DNA from: Myxococcota bacterium
GTDB lineage: Bacteria > Myxococcota_A > SURF-8
Length of the DNA stretch: 64,000 nt
Direction: 5' to 3'
Assembly: GCA_965140415.1 (NCBI GenBank)
Contig: OZ223209.1
Span: 4,352,001 to 4,416,000 of the forward strand
Below, one piece after another: positions 30,501-40,077 of this stretch. A program made the translations under genes and the position numbers. Position 1 is the first letter of the stretch. The number at the start of each line of letters is the position of its first letter. The notes under the pieces are model-generated. The model ran no database searches. It was not told the DNA's origin and saw nothing but the letters and a program-made list of their open reading frames with translations.

Positions 30501-33082
30501 ATCATGTATCCCTGTCCGACTTTCGGTTTCTCGACGGACGCGAATGCACGAACCCAGACTTCCCCCTGCCCTTTCAGCGTCAGGCGCAGCTGATGTCCGC
30601 CTGCCGCCGCTTCTTCAAACAGCGTCATCATAAATACTTCCGGCTGGCGAACCGTTTGCGAACGGGCGGCATCCAACACGGCGGAACTGGTCGGAGCGAT
30701 CATCAACTCCAACTCCTTATTGGCCGGTGTCACACCGGTCGAAATCGCCCAGCTTTTCAAGCGCGGTGCTCCCCGATCCAGTAAGCCGCTTAAGCGGGTT
30801 GCGCTGCGTTTTTTACCCACGCCATACGCCAGTACATTAATCGTTCGTTTGCCGCGCCCGGAATGCGAAACCGGAAGCAACATGGAACCGTCTTTTTGCA
30901 ACCGGCAAACCGTGCGCATCGCAAAAACATCCGCCCACGGAGCCTGCTTGACCGGCAGGTTGATCCAGTAACGCCCACCCTGTGAAGGTGCATGGAGCAG
31001 AACCTGATGTTCCCCACTTGCAACACGTTCGCTTAGTTCACCAACGACCATTCGAGCAGGACCGCCGGTTACCTTCTTGGTTTCCCATGTCAGACTAACC
31101 AGTTCTCCCAGTCGTTCGGAATTCCCCAGATCGTAACGCAGCATTACAGGACGCCCCAGGTAATCCTCCGGCACCGTCACATCGTAGTTCTGGCCCGGTC
31201 GAATTTCGGTGAACGTTCCATAACTCCAGGGCATCTCCCGCTCGGCTGGATCTTTTAAAGGCTCCAGCAACCCGGAACAGGTGGGAGTCCCCTGCGGTTG
31301 CAGCACTTCGTAGAAATTCGTCAACGATTCCTCGCCCGGCACAGGCAGATCCAATCGAGGCTGGGCGGCAATCCGCACCCTGCGCCCTTGTTTTATAAGA
31401 CGCTTTTCAGCCAGCGGCGGAACCGCCATCCAGCGGGAACGCGCGAAACTCTCGTTGCGCCAGCGATACGGTTCAACGTTTACAGCATACGCTTCGTCGA
31501 GTTGTTCCTCGCAATACAGACAACTTGGAGTCTGCACGATCACATCCACCGTTTCGGGCGAAGAAAGTCGCAGGGTATACTGACCTTCGGGAAAACGCAG
31601 AAAGCCCACCTGGGCATCACCGACAACCTGCGGGCTGGCCGGGTCCATGTCCGGATAGGATTCAAGCGCAGAAGGCAATGTAGTCGCCTGCATCTCGCCC
31701 GCGTACTTGACCTCTCCCTGCTGATCCACAACCTCGACCCCGATTGTGAACTGCGTTTCGCCTTTCTCCTCCGGCGTCATGGCCAGATAAGCCAACAGGC
31801 GCACGCTATCTCCTCTTCGTTGACCCGCATACAGTGGATACTCAACCGGCGACTGGCCAGGCAGAATGCGCGTAGCGGTAAAAGTTCTTGCCTTCGGTTG
31901 AATCAACGAAGCCGAATCTCCCACCAGTGGAGACGGCAACCACGTGACCTCTCCCAATACCGAGTCTCTCTCCCCCTTTTCCAATAGAGGCGCGATCGAC
32001 AGGTAATTCTCGCTTTGATTGGTGAGTGTCAGAGTCGTGGGTTGCGATTCGCTATAGCTGAATTCACCAAGCTTTCGAAAAGCTCCGCCCACGAGTTTGG
32101 TAGAAAGAGAACGGTCTTTCACCTGATCCGGCGCTATCAGCCATTGCAGCGACACAGTAGCGTCTATTGGTCCCGCCGGTGGTTCCGGTTCGGGTTTGCG
32201 AGCAGCCTGCTCGGCAAAGGACAAAGGTGCCGCCATTATCCGAGCTAGAACAGATAACGTCACCGGTCCACGCAGCGTAATCGCCAGCGCCTGCCCGGGA
32301 GCAAGCATGGAACCGGCAGTATCTTCAGGAAGCGGATCGGGACGTCTGTAGGTCGTCACAAATACCTGTGAAGTGGTGTAATCTACCCCGCTCATACCCA
32401 AGGCCGTTAAGCGTTGCCAATCTTTGGACAGCAGCAGCTCGCGCTCCAAAGCGGTCAAATCACGCCAGTCGCTGCGGAAAATCCGTTCCGCCTGTCGGAA
32501 CCTCTCCTCCGCCGTCAACGACAATTCCAGGCTGGTAATCTCCAGAATCGAGCGAGGTTGCGTGCGATACGCCCTTACAAACAACGTTGCGTTAGGCCAA
32601 CCAAGCAACTCCACCTGCATCGCGCCTTTTTCCTGCGGCACGTCCAAAGGCATATGCACCACCGTCAAGCGGTCATCGGTAATAGGATCGCCTTCGTTAT
32701 TGAATGCGCATTCCTTCAACCAGACACCGTCTCTAAGTTCATCCTTGCTTTGCCGCGTTTCCACCCAGTATTCATGCGACCAACTTTCCGTCTCGCCCTG
32801 CTCCACAATGGAAATCCGCATACCGTAGGTGTAGGTTTTGTCCGGATCGTAAACCGAATTCTCCGGCAATTTCAAATGAGAAATCAGGCGCACATCACGA
32901 TCGGAAGCGAATACGCCTAAAGACAGCGGGTTTTCCGGTGTCACGTCGTAATAGAGGATCGATTTGGCATTCGCCAGTTTCCAGTCCCAGGGATTCTGCC
33001 GTAGCAGATAATCTTTCGCGCCGAAAAGCATGATGGTAATCAGCACCAGCGCGAGCAACAACGGGCCCAGAATGCGCATCAT
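30479..33082 (-). CDS. Hypothetical membrane-anchored periplasmic protein (867 aa)
   Basis: N-terminal TM/signal; beta-rich; ATGA overlap with the upstream capC-like gene. Confidence 0.75.
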   Translation of the reverse strand: MMRILGPLLLALVLITIMLFGAKDYLLRQNPWDWKLANAKSILYYDVTPENPLSLGVFASDRDVRLISHLKLPENSVYDPDKTYTYGMRISIVEQGETESWSHEYWVETRQSKDELRDGVWLKECAFNNEGDPITDDRLTVVHMPLDVPQEKGAMQVELLGWPNATLFVRAYRTQPRSILEITSLELSLTAEERFRQAERIFRSDWRDLTALERELLLSKDWQRLTALGMSGVDYTTSQVFVTTYRRPDPLPEDTAGSMLAPGQALAITLRGPVTLSVLARIMAAPLSFAEQAARKPEPEPPAGPIDATVSLQWLIAPDQVKDRSLSTKLVGGAFRKLGEFSYSESQPTTLTLTNQSENYLSIAPLLEKGERDSVLGEVTWLPSPLVGDSASLIQPKARTFTATRILPGQSPVEYPLYAGQRRGDSVRLLAYLAMTPEEKGETQFTIGVEVVDQQGEVKYAGEMQATTLPSALESYPDMDPASPQVVGDAQVGFLRFPEGQYTLRLSSPETVDVIVQTPSCLYCEEQLDEAYAVNVEPYRWRNESFARSRWMAVPPLAEKRLIKQGRRVRIAAQPRLDLPVPGEESLTNFYEVLQPQGTPTCSGLLEPLKDPAEREMPWSYGTFTEIRPGQNYDVTVPEDYLGRPVMLRYDLGNSERLGELVSLTWETKKVTGGPARMVVGELSERVASGEHQVLLHAPSQGGRYWINLPVKQAPWADVFAMRTVCRLQKDGSMLLPVSHSGRGKRTINVLAYGVGKKRSATRLSGLLDRGAPRLKSWAISTGVTPANKELELMIAPTSSAVLDAARSQTVRQPEVFMMTLFEEAAAGGHQLRLTLKGQGEVWVRAFASVEKPKVGQGYMIWKSAGR

Positions 33083-36000
33083 GGCAGCACCTCCCCGTTG
33101 CAGACTCCGGCACCCTGGCCATACCGCAGCGTGTTGAGTTCCAACTCACCGGTGGTATTGATTTCCGCATCGCTTGCAGCAGGGCTTTCCATACGAACGA
33201 CACAGCGCGGACCTTGATTGTCCTGCACGAGTAACAAGAAATATTTTCCGCTGCACGAATCACGCAACAGGCTCGGGAGCACGTCTCCCTTCCCTGCCTT
33301 TTCGGATATCGCTTTTAACAGCGAGACGTTTCGCAAGCGGGAAAACTCGTTTGCCAATTCCAGTGTTTCTTTCAATGTCGCGGAAGCCGGTTGTTCAGCG
33401 GGAATTTTTAAAACGTCTTCCATGCTGCTGGAAACCAGCGGATAACCGAGATCGCGAATGGTGGCGACCCAGCGAGCGATTTGCTCGCCGCCTGGCTGCT
33501 GCATTCTCACCTCCGCATTCACCCACAGTACCGCCGCCGATTGCGGGTCCAGCGATGCGGAATAGCGCAGTTGCAGATCATCCACGCCCTTCAATCCAAG
33601 CTGGTATTTGTCTCCCGCATACAACTGCCATTTCAAGCCCTCCAGATCCAGATCGTGCAGCAGATCGTTCATCATCATCGAACGCGGCGAGCGCTCCGGC
33701 AGATCCATGGCAGCGGAAATCAACACGTCTTCATCAATCGGTCTGACTTTCGAAATGCCGCGAACGATCAGCACCCATGGCGTAGTCGCGCCCGGCTTAA
33801 CGGGATAGGCTGCCCGATGCGCGGCATGGAATGGATTGACGACATTCTCCAACCTCGTGATGTCCGCCAGCCCGTCGCGTCGCGCCTGTAAATCCGCCGT
33901 AGCGACATACAAAGCCGACGCATTCAAGCGTCCATACAGATCCATGGCCATCTCGGCCACTCCGGTTTCCAGTAGCGGTCTGGGAACTTCGATGGTCCAG
34001 CGAGACGATCCCGCGCGGAACAGGTAGGCTCCCCAATGTCTCTCGCCATGCGCTTCATGCAACAGCACTTCGAATCCCTTGCGCCCTTCCGAGCGAAAGA
34101 GGGACAGCTCATAACCCAATACCGAAGCACGCTGCTTGATCAAGGTCAAGCTCAGCCGCATATCGGTCTCACTGCGCTTATAGTTCAGTAGTTCACGCCG
34201 CAGCGGTCGAATGATCGCGTTTTCCAAGTAGGTCATCTCAATCGGCATCGGCGTTCGATACGCTTCCGAGTATGGCGGTGCAATCGCCTCTTCGTCGGAG
34301 TCGAGCAACTCGCGCAACGTCGCCAGGCCGGATTGCGACTGCTCCTGCTCGCTCGGCTCGCTTGTCGGCCATAGGTTAAGCAATTCCTGTTCGTTCAACA
34401 CCAGTTCCATAAACTCGATATCCGCGCGGTTTCTGGCCGGATTCTTTTTCTCGTACGGATCGAAACGAATGCTGTAGGTTGGAAAACGATTTTTCAACTC
34501 CGTAAGCGGCATGGCCTCCGGAACACGCTGCTGCACGTAGGCGACCGTCGGTCCCGGACTCGTGCGAATCTGCACGACGGCCTGTTTTGCGAGCAGTTCG
34601 TGTGCAACGGAAAATGGCGATCCCACCGCATGCAGCACCGACCGTTCACGAGGACGGAAAGAGCGCCAGCCGTTTACGAGCAACCCGCAGGCATGCACGG
34701 AAGGGAATATCGCCAGCGCGGCGTCCAGAGCCGCCGCTTCTTCATAAGGATACGGCACTTCAAGCAACACCCCGTCTTTGCAGCCGGGAACGAACACAAC
34801 GGTGCCCCAGCCTTGCAATTGATGCAGCGGACTGTCCAGCGGCTCGCGCAATACGATCAAGGTGGTTTCCGGATCGTCCGGAAGTTGCGTTCGAACAACT
34901 TCCAGGTGCAGGCGCTTCAAGTCTTCGGTAAAGCTCTCATCCAGAAATTGGTTTCCGCGTACGATATTCTTGTTCAATACCAGGTTACGCACTCCGGCCA
35001 ATACTCGCTGATAGCGCAGTCTGGCCGCAGCCGAGGTGGGACGGAAATCCTCCGGCAATACTGCAAAGGTCTGCACGGAGGCCAGATGTAGTTGCAGCGG
35101 GTCCGCATCGAGCAATTGCGATTCGGCATGCGCAACCGAGGACTCGGCCACACCTTCAGCCACAAAGAGCTTATCCACCTGAAACAGAGCCAAGCCGACG
35201 ATGTTTCCGAAAATGAACGCCAGAAACGAAGTCAATAAAGTCGGACCGATCACCAGCGACCAACTGCGGCGCTCCCAGATATTCAACGCAACCAGACTGG
35301 GCAGCAAATAACCGAAGCCGAACAGATCGGATACGCGAAAACCGGGAGCAGTTTCGGTAAAATAGTACCCGAGCATGAACTTCAATCCCAGCCCTACCGT
35401 AAAAATCAGAATCAGTCGCCTGGAACCTTCCAGATTGCTGCGCATGAAAATCGGCAGCGAGGCGATCATCCAGGCGATTCCAGCCACCAAAGAAGCTTCG
35501 ACCAGCGTGGCTGCAACCTTTATCGGCATGTACCAGGCCACGGCCAACAGGGCCGGAATCATGATGCCGTTGAAATCCCAGCCCAGTTTCAAATTGAAAC
35601 GAGCCGCCAGCATCATACCGACGATCAGTGTAATGTAAATTTTTGGAGAGCTGGCAAAGTCCAGCGCCAGATCCTGGAAAGTCAATTCGAAGTTTGCAAT
35701 GGAAAAATTCGTATTGGGAATCAGCAGATATACCAGAATCAAATAGGTCAAAACGACCGGCGTTCCCACCTGTATCGCTCCACGCACGAATCCTGGCTTC
35801 CACATCGCGTGCGCCGTCAGCGGAACGATGACCAGGCCGATTCCGTATAGATGGCTCACCGCCTCCAGCGGCAGACCGAAAAGCTGCACGGTCCAGTCCG
35901 AAAGCGACTGGAAAAACCACGCCTCATAAAACAGGCGCACCAATAGACTGATAATGAAAAAGGCCAGAAAACGATCGCGACCGAACAAGCTGTGCCACCA

Positions 36001-36252
36001 ACCGAACCGGCTCAATAGTTCCGATAAGGTGTAAACCACCACATAGGTGGTTACGATTTCCATGCAGATCACCAAACCGGCTTGCGGCGCAATGACAAAA
36101 ACCGAAGCCAGGTATCCGCTAACCACCAGACCGGCAAAACTCCAGCCCAGCGACTCGGTGAAGAAGGCATGGATCAGCAACCCGATATAAATCGGAATCA
36201 GAATCGAGTTATCCAGCCCCCGAGAGGGGAAAATGGCAAGAACGTCTTCCAC
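33079..36252 (-). CDS. pgsC: PgsC/CapC-domain membrane protein (tandem CapC repeats plus ~700-aa soluble C-terminus)
   Basis: IGLLIHAFFTESLGWSFAGLVVSGYLA / GRDRF / GIGLVIVPLTA resembles CapC; a second copy follows (LKLGWDFNGIMIPALLA / GSRRL / GFGYLLPSLVA). Confidence 0.8.
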   Translation of the reverse strand: MEDVLAIFPSRGLDNSILIPIYIGLLIHAFFTESLGWSFAGLVVSGYLASVFVIAPQAGLVICMEIVTTYVVVYTLSELLSRFGWWHSLFGRDRFLAFFIISLLVRLFYEAWFFQSLSDWTVQLFGLPLEAVSHLYGIGLVIVPLTAHAMWKPGFVRGAIQVGTPVVLTYLILVYLLIPNTNFSIANFELTFQDLALDFASSPKIYITLIVGMMLAARFNLKLGWDFNGIMIPALLAVAWYMPIKVAATLVEASLVAGIAWMIASLPIFMRSNLEGSRRLILIFTVGLGLKFMLGYYFTETAPGFRVSDLFGFGYLLPSLVALNIWERRSWSLVIGPTLLTSFLAFIFGNIVGLALFQVDKLFVAEGVAESSVAHAESQLLDADPLQLHLASVQTFAVLPEDFRPTSAAARLRYQRVLAGVRNLVLNKNIVRGNQFLDESFTEDLKRLHLEVVRTQLPDDPETTLIVLREPLDSPLHQLQGWGTVVFVPGCKDGVLLEVPYPYEEAAALDAALAIFPSVHACGLLVNGWRSFRPRERSVLHAVGSPFSVAHELLAKQAVVQIRTSPGPTVAYVQQRVPEAMPLTELKNRFPTYSIRFDPYEKKNPARNRADIEFMELVLNEQELLNLWPTSEPSEQEQSQSGLATLRELLDSDEEAIAPPYSEAYRTPMPIEMTYLENAIIRPLRRELLNYKRSETDMRLSLTLIKQRASVLGYELSLFRSEGRKGFEVLLHEAHGERHWGAYLFRAGSSRWTIEVPRPLLETGVAEMAMDLYGRLNASALYVATADLQARRDGLADITRLENVVNPFHAAHRAAYPVKPGATTPWVLIVRGISKVRPIDEDVLISAAMDLPERSPRSMMMNDLLHDLDLEGLKWQLYAGDKYQLGLKGVDDLQLRYSASLDPQSAAVLWVNAEVRMQQPGGEQIARWVATIRDLGYPLVSSSMEDVLKIPAEQPASATLKETLELANEFSRLRNVSLLKAISEKAGKGDVLPSLLRDSCSGKYFLLLVQDNQGPRCVVRMESPAASDAEINTTGELELNTLRYGQGAGVCNGEVLP

Positions 36253-36258
36253 CCGCGC

Positions 36259-38199
36259 CTACTCCCCTTCTTCCTTTACGGCTTCCATTTCAGCAGATGA
36301 ATCCGCACGCTGCCCGGAATCCAGTTGCGCCAGCAACAAGAATCCCTCCGGCAAAGGCACGCCGCGCTCGCCGACGCGATACAGCAAACGAACCACAAAA
36401 CGATAGCCATGAGAATGAAACACGTTTTCGGCTCGCTGCTGATGCAGGCGGAACATCCAATCCCCCTGTGCACCATCGGGAACGGCTTTGAGCTTGTGCA
36501 GGAAATCCGACAGCGAATTGAAATCCTCGCGCCTGAAACCACACCAGTCCAGAATATCCTTCATGGGCCGGTTGTAATGCAGCAGGCGGCCAAACATATC
36601 GGTAAAGGCAACACCCTCATTCAGTCCGTCCAGTACCGAATGCAGAATCACTTTCTCTTCTACCAAATTGCCGAAAATCCGGTCGATGTCGTCCAGTTGT
36701 TTTTGCATGCGATCGCCGGATAGACGCTCGCGCATCGAACTCATTTCCTTGCGAACCTGATTAGCGCGGCTGTAATACAGCAGCCTCGCCACCTGCTGGC
36801 CGATGGTCATCAGTAATGGCGCGCGCTCGTTTTTCGTTGTTGCATCGAAACTGATGACCCAGAATCCGACAAACTGAGACGGGTAGAACAACGGCACCAG
36901 ATACGTCACCAGGGATTCATCCTGCATGTAGCTCTCGGTCTTTTCCACATACGAGCGTGTAATGGCCGAGGCATAGGGCGCTCGCGCAATATCGCGCCGC
37001 CGTTCCTGGATCGCACTCTCATCCATGCCGTAGAACCGCTTGAATTGAACCTTTCCATCCTGAGAACCGGGCAATGCCAGCGCCATATTTTCCGGCTGCA
37101 AATGAACCGAGGCAAATCCGATCAGGCGCTGCCAGATATCATCCAGCTTGATTTCGCGCGTGTCGGTGGATACCGGGCGCAACGTCAACTCCCAGGTAGA
37201 CGTATTGGCAATCTCACGAGTTCGCGACTGTAACCATCTGGATTTACGTTCGAAGGAAACCAGCAGCGTCAATCCCACCCCTAATGCCATACCGGAAATC
37301 GGCAACAGGATATTCAAGAATAACAAGGCGCAGATGGAACCCACTAGCAAAATGCTCGACCACAGAATTCCCAGCAGCAGGTTGAAGCGCATCGTCGTGC
37401 GCAAAAGAAACAACCAGAACACCAGCACCACAAGCGATAAAATCAATAAAGTCTGCCACACCAGCAGTTTTACAATGCCATTGCCTTCCAATAGCGTAAT
37501 CAAGGCGTTGGCATGGAATTCCGCTTCACTCATCGGATGCGTCAGATCGGAAACGGGCACCGCGACGAAGCGAGTCAGATCGGGCAGATCCAGCCCGATC
37601 ACCACAAAGCGATCCTTTAAAAATTCTTCCGGCGCCGCGCCCTGCACGACATCCGCAACGGACAGATTGGAAATGCTGTTGACGGGTCCGGCGAAATTCA
37701 CGTAAACGCGTTTTTTATCCACCGGTCTTTTAACGACGTCATACTCCCAGGCATATCCTGAGAATCGTCGGTCCGGATAGCGGTCGTAAAGATGGCGCAC
37801 GATGCCGTCTTTATCCGGCAAGGTCACCTGAATCGGAATATCATTTTCATTTTTGCCTGTGCCAACATTCGGCAGTAGCAGCCAGGGTCGATGCTCGTTT
37901 GAAGGATCGGCCAGCACCATCGATGCACTCGAAGCCAAAATCACCCGTTTCGGTCCCATACTGCCGATGGCATCGAAGACCTGATCCGCCGCTTTTCTGC
38001 TCCAGGGAAGCGGTCCAACTTTTTGCACGGTAGCCGCATCGATGCGCAAAAACACGACATCATCGGAAACGGTACGCGCACCACGCAAATACATGACGGT
38101 ATCGCCGAAACGTAAATCGACGGACTGACCGAACCCGGCAGCGTAATACAACAGCACCGCAACCAACACTGCTACAAGTAGTAAAGCAGTTCTAAACAT
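36259..38199 (-). CDS. CHASE2 sensor membrane protein with GAF-like and PAS-like cytoplasmic part, no kinase/cyclase output
   Basis: VVFLRIDAAT...GPLPWSR, D.DGIVR, VNF.GP, KDRFVVIG, E.HANALITLL, then 3 TMs; LDGLNEGVAFTD.FG.LL.YN PAS start. Start ATG 38199 (RBS GGAAGG) or TTG 38301. Confidence 0.85.
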   Translation of the reverse strand: MFRTALLLVAVLVAVLLYYAAGFGQSVDLRFGDTVMYLRGARTVSDDVVFLRIDAATVQKVGPLPWSRKAADQVFDAIGSMGPKRVILASSASMVLADPSNEHRPWLLLPNVGTGKNENDIPIQVTLPDKDGIVRHLYDRYPDRRFSGYAWEYDVVKRPVDKKRVYVNFAGPVNSISNLSVADVVQGAAPEEFLKDRFVVIGLDLPDLTRFVAVPVSDLTHPMSEAEFHANALITLLEGNGIVKLLVWQTLLILSLVVLVFWLFLLRTTMRFNLLLGILWSSILLVGSICALLFLNILLPISGMALGVGLTLLVSFERKSRWLQSRTREIANTSTWELTLRPVSTDTREIKLDDIWQRLIGFASVHLQPENMALALPGSQDGKVQFKRFYGMDESAIQERRRDIARAPYASAITRSYVEKTESYMQDESLVTYLVPLFYPSQFVGFWVISFDATTKNERAPLLMTIGQQVARLLYYSRANQVRKEMSSMRERLSGDRMQKQLDDIDRIFGNLVEEKVILHSVLDGLNEGVAFTDMFGRLLHYNRPMKDILDWCGFRREDFNSLSDFLHKLKAVPDGAQGDWMFRLHQQRAENVFHSHGYRFVVRLLYRVGERGVPLPEGFLLLAQLDSGQRADSSAEMEAVKEEGE

Positions 38200-38301
38200 G
38201 ATCCTTCCAATCCAATCCCGGAAGAAGATAACGAAAAAAAATACTTTCCTTATACCTCTCCCGGCTCGACCATCACCCGCCGCTTTGGACGAAACCGACA
38301 A

Positions 38302-40029
38302 TCAAGGAATCAAATCCATCCACTCACTAAATACCGGCACCCCCCACCCACACGCGAAATCCCAACCGGGTGTGGTTTCTCCTGCAAAACCGGGGATGAT
38401 GGTTTCCGTAATATCGAAAAAAGTCGCCTGTAACGCTTCGTTTTCGTACAATGCCCGGTTCAACCAGCCGAGTTGCCCTTTTTCGCTGCGAGCCTGATTC
38501 AAACATCCGACCCAGCCTGCCAGCATCGGAGCCGCCAGCGACGTTCCCCCGGTAGGGAACCACTCCTCCTGGTGAACGACAAAGATGGAGGTGCTCTCCA
38601 ATGTCGGCGTACAATGCAACGCCAGATCGGGAATGGCGCGACGATCCGACTCGGGATCGACGGCAAACTGCCAATAGGGTTTGGCAAACAAGGCACTGCG
38701 TCCACGTCCGCCGAAGAGCGGATCGAGTTCCGCTTTGCGCCCGCCCTGCTCGTCCAGTTGCAACAGACTCGCTCCCACAGCCGTTACCCAGGGAGCGTTG
38801 GCCGGATTATCCACGTTGGTGGAATCGCCGCTGGCGGCCAAAAAGGTAATCCCCTGTGCCGCCGCGATTCGTCCTTCCGTATTCTGAAACTGCTGCAACT
38901 CCCAGGCGGTAATGACTTCCTGGTGAGAAAACGAGTAGGAAATAATGTTGCATCGTCCACGACCGATGGCCTCGTTGATGGCCCATGTCAACGAGAAATC
39001 CGTGTTGTCGTTGGCCAGATACACCAGAATATCGGAATCCGGAGCGGTAATACCGACCATCTGCACATCGACCGTGGTTTCGTTGGAAAAGCGTCTCGGA
39101 GGAACATCTGTATAGATGTACTCCGTCTCTCCGCTTCGCTCCGTTCCCATCAAACGCCAATAGCTGGTCACATCCGCCCGGCGCGCCTCCCAACCACCAA
39201 TCACGCAGATCTGCTGCCCGCGCCCGGTGAAGTTTCCTTCGTACAGGGTGTCCATGTCGTATACATTTCCGATTTGCTCCGGCGTGATCCCCAGTTCCGG
39301 GAACGGCTCGTCAATCGGCTCTGTGGTGTCGTCGATCGGATCGATTAGTTCAGGCTGATCCCGAATCGCCAGCACGGCATCGATGCTCCCTTCCAACCAG
39401 CTCGGAACGGTGAATGGCTTCTCTACTGCAAAATCCTTGCGCTCCACGCGCACGATGCGATGAACTTCCGTATCGAAAGCCCGTTCGACATCGGCAATGG
39501 TTCCTTTAACCAATAATAGCAAGCGATTGGTGGCCAGCTGATCCAGTTTCAAACCATTACGATCCAGATAAGCGATCAGTTCCGCAATTTTCTTCGGATC
39601 GGGAGCATGCATGGCGGTGAAGCCGCTGGCAGAGAAAAACTGCAAGTACTCCGGCAACTCCGGCGTATAAACCAGTTCGAGCCAGTCCTGCAAATCCCCC
39701 GAGCGTTGCAACGGTAAAGACATCAGCACGCGCACCTCATCCTCGCTCGTGGCCTTTCCCTTATCGATGACATCCTGCGTAAAACGCCATAAGCCGTCGC
39801 GCACTTCAATGCGTACGTCCCCATCATCGGGTAGATCATCGGCTGTAAGCTGCGGAATTTCCTCCAGTTGCACCTCCGCCGGTTCACTTATGCGTTCTCC
39901 CGTTTCAGGATTCACGATAATCCGCGCGGCAGGGCTGCTCGGATAAGGAACCGGTGCATCGTCCTTGCAAGCCAGGACCATCATAGCCGCTATCAGCACG
40001 AAAATAATTATCTCTATGCAGCGCCCCAT
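38302..40029 (-). CDS. S53 (sedolisin/kumamolisin) family peptidase lipoprotein
   Basis: Lipobox VLAC; pro-domain; ETTVD (E..D), AASGDS, GGTSLAAP, GWDFACGWG. Confidence 0.92.
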   Translation of the reverse strand: MGRCIEIIIFVLIAAMMVLACKDDAPVPYPSSPAARIIVNPETGERISEPAEVQLEEIPQLTADDLPDDGDVRIEVRDGLWRFTQDVIDKGKATSEDEVRVLMSLPLQRSGDLQDWLELVYTPELPEYLQFFSASGFTAMHAPDPKKIAELIAYLDRNGLKLDQLATNRLLLLVKGTIADVERAFDTEVHRIVRVERKDFAVEKPFTVPSWLEGSIDAVLAIRDQPELIDPIDDTTEPIDEPFPELGITPEQIGNVYDMDTLYEGNFTGRGQQICVIGGWEARRADVTSYWRLMGTERSGETEYIYTDVPPRRFSNETTVDVQMVGITAPDSDILVYLANDNTDFSLTWAINEAIGRGRCNIISYSFSHQEVITAWELQQFQNTEGRIAAAQGITFLAASGDSTNVDNPANAPWVTAVGASLLQLDEQGGRKAELDPLFGGRGRSALFAKPYWQFAVDPESDRRAIPDLALHCTPTLESTSIFVVHQEEWFPTGGTSLAAPMLAGWVGCLNQARSEKGQLGWLNRALYENEALQATFFDITETIIPGFAGETTPGWDFACGWGVPVFSEWMDLIP

Positions 40030-40077
40030 AAAGCTACCTGACTCCTTCAACAATCACCCGGATTCAGATCCGAGTTC

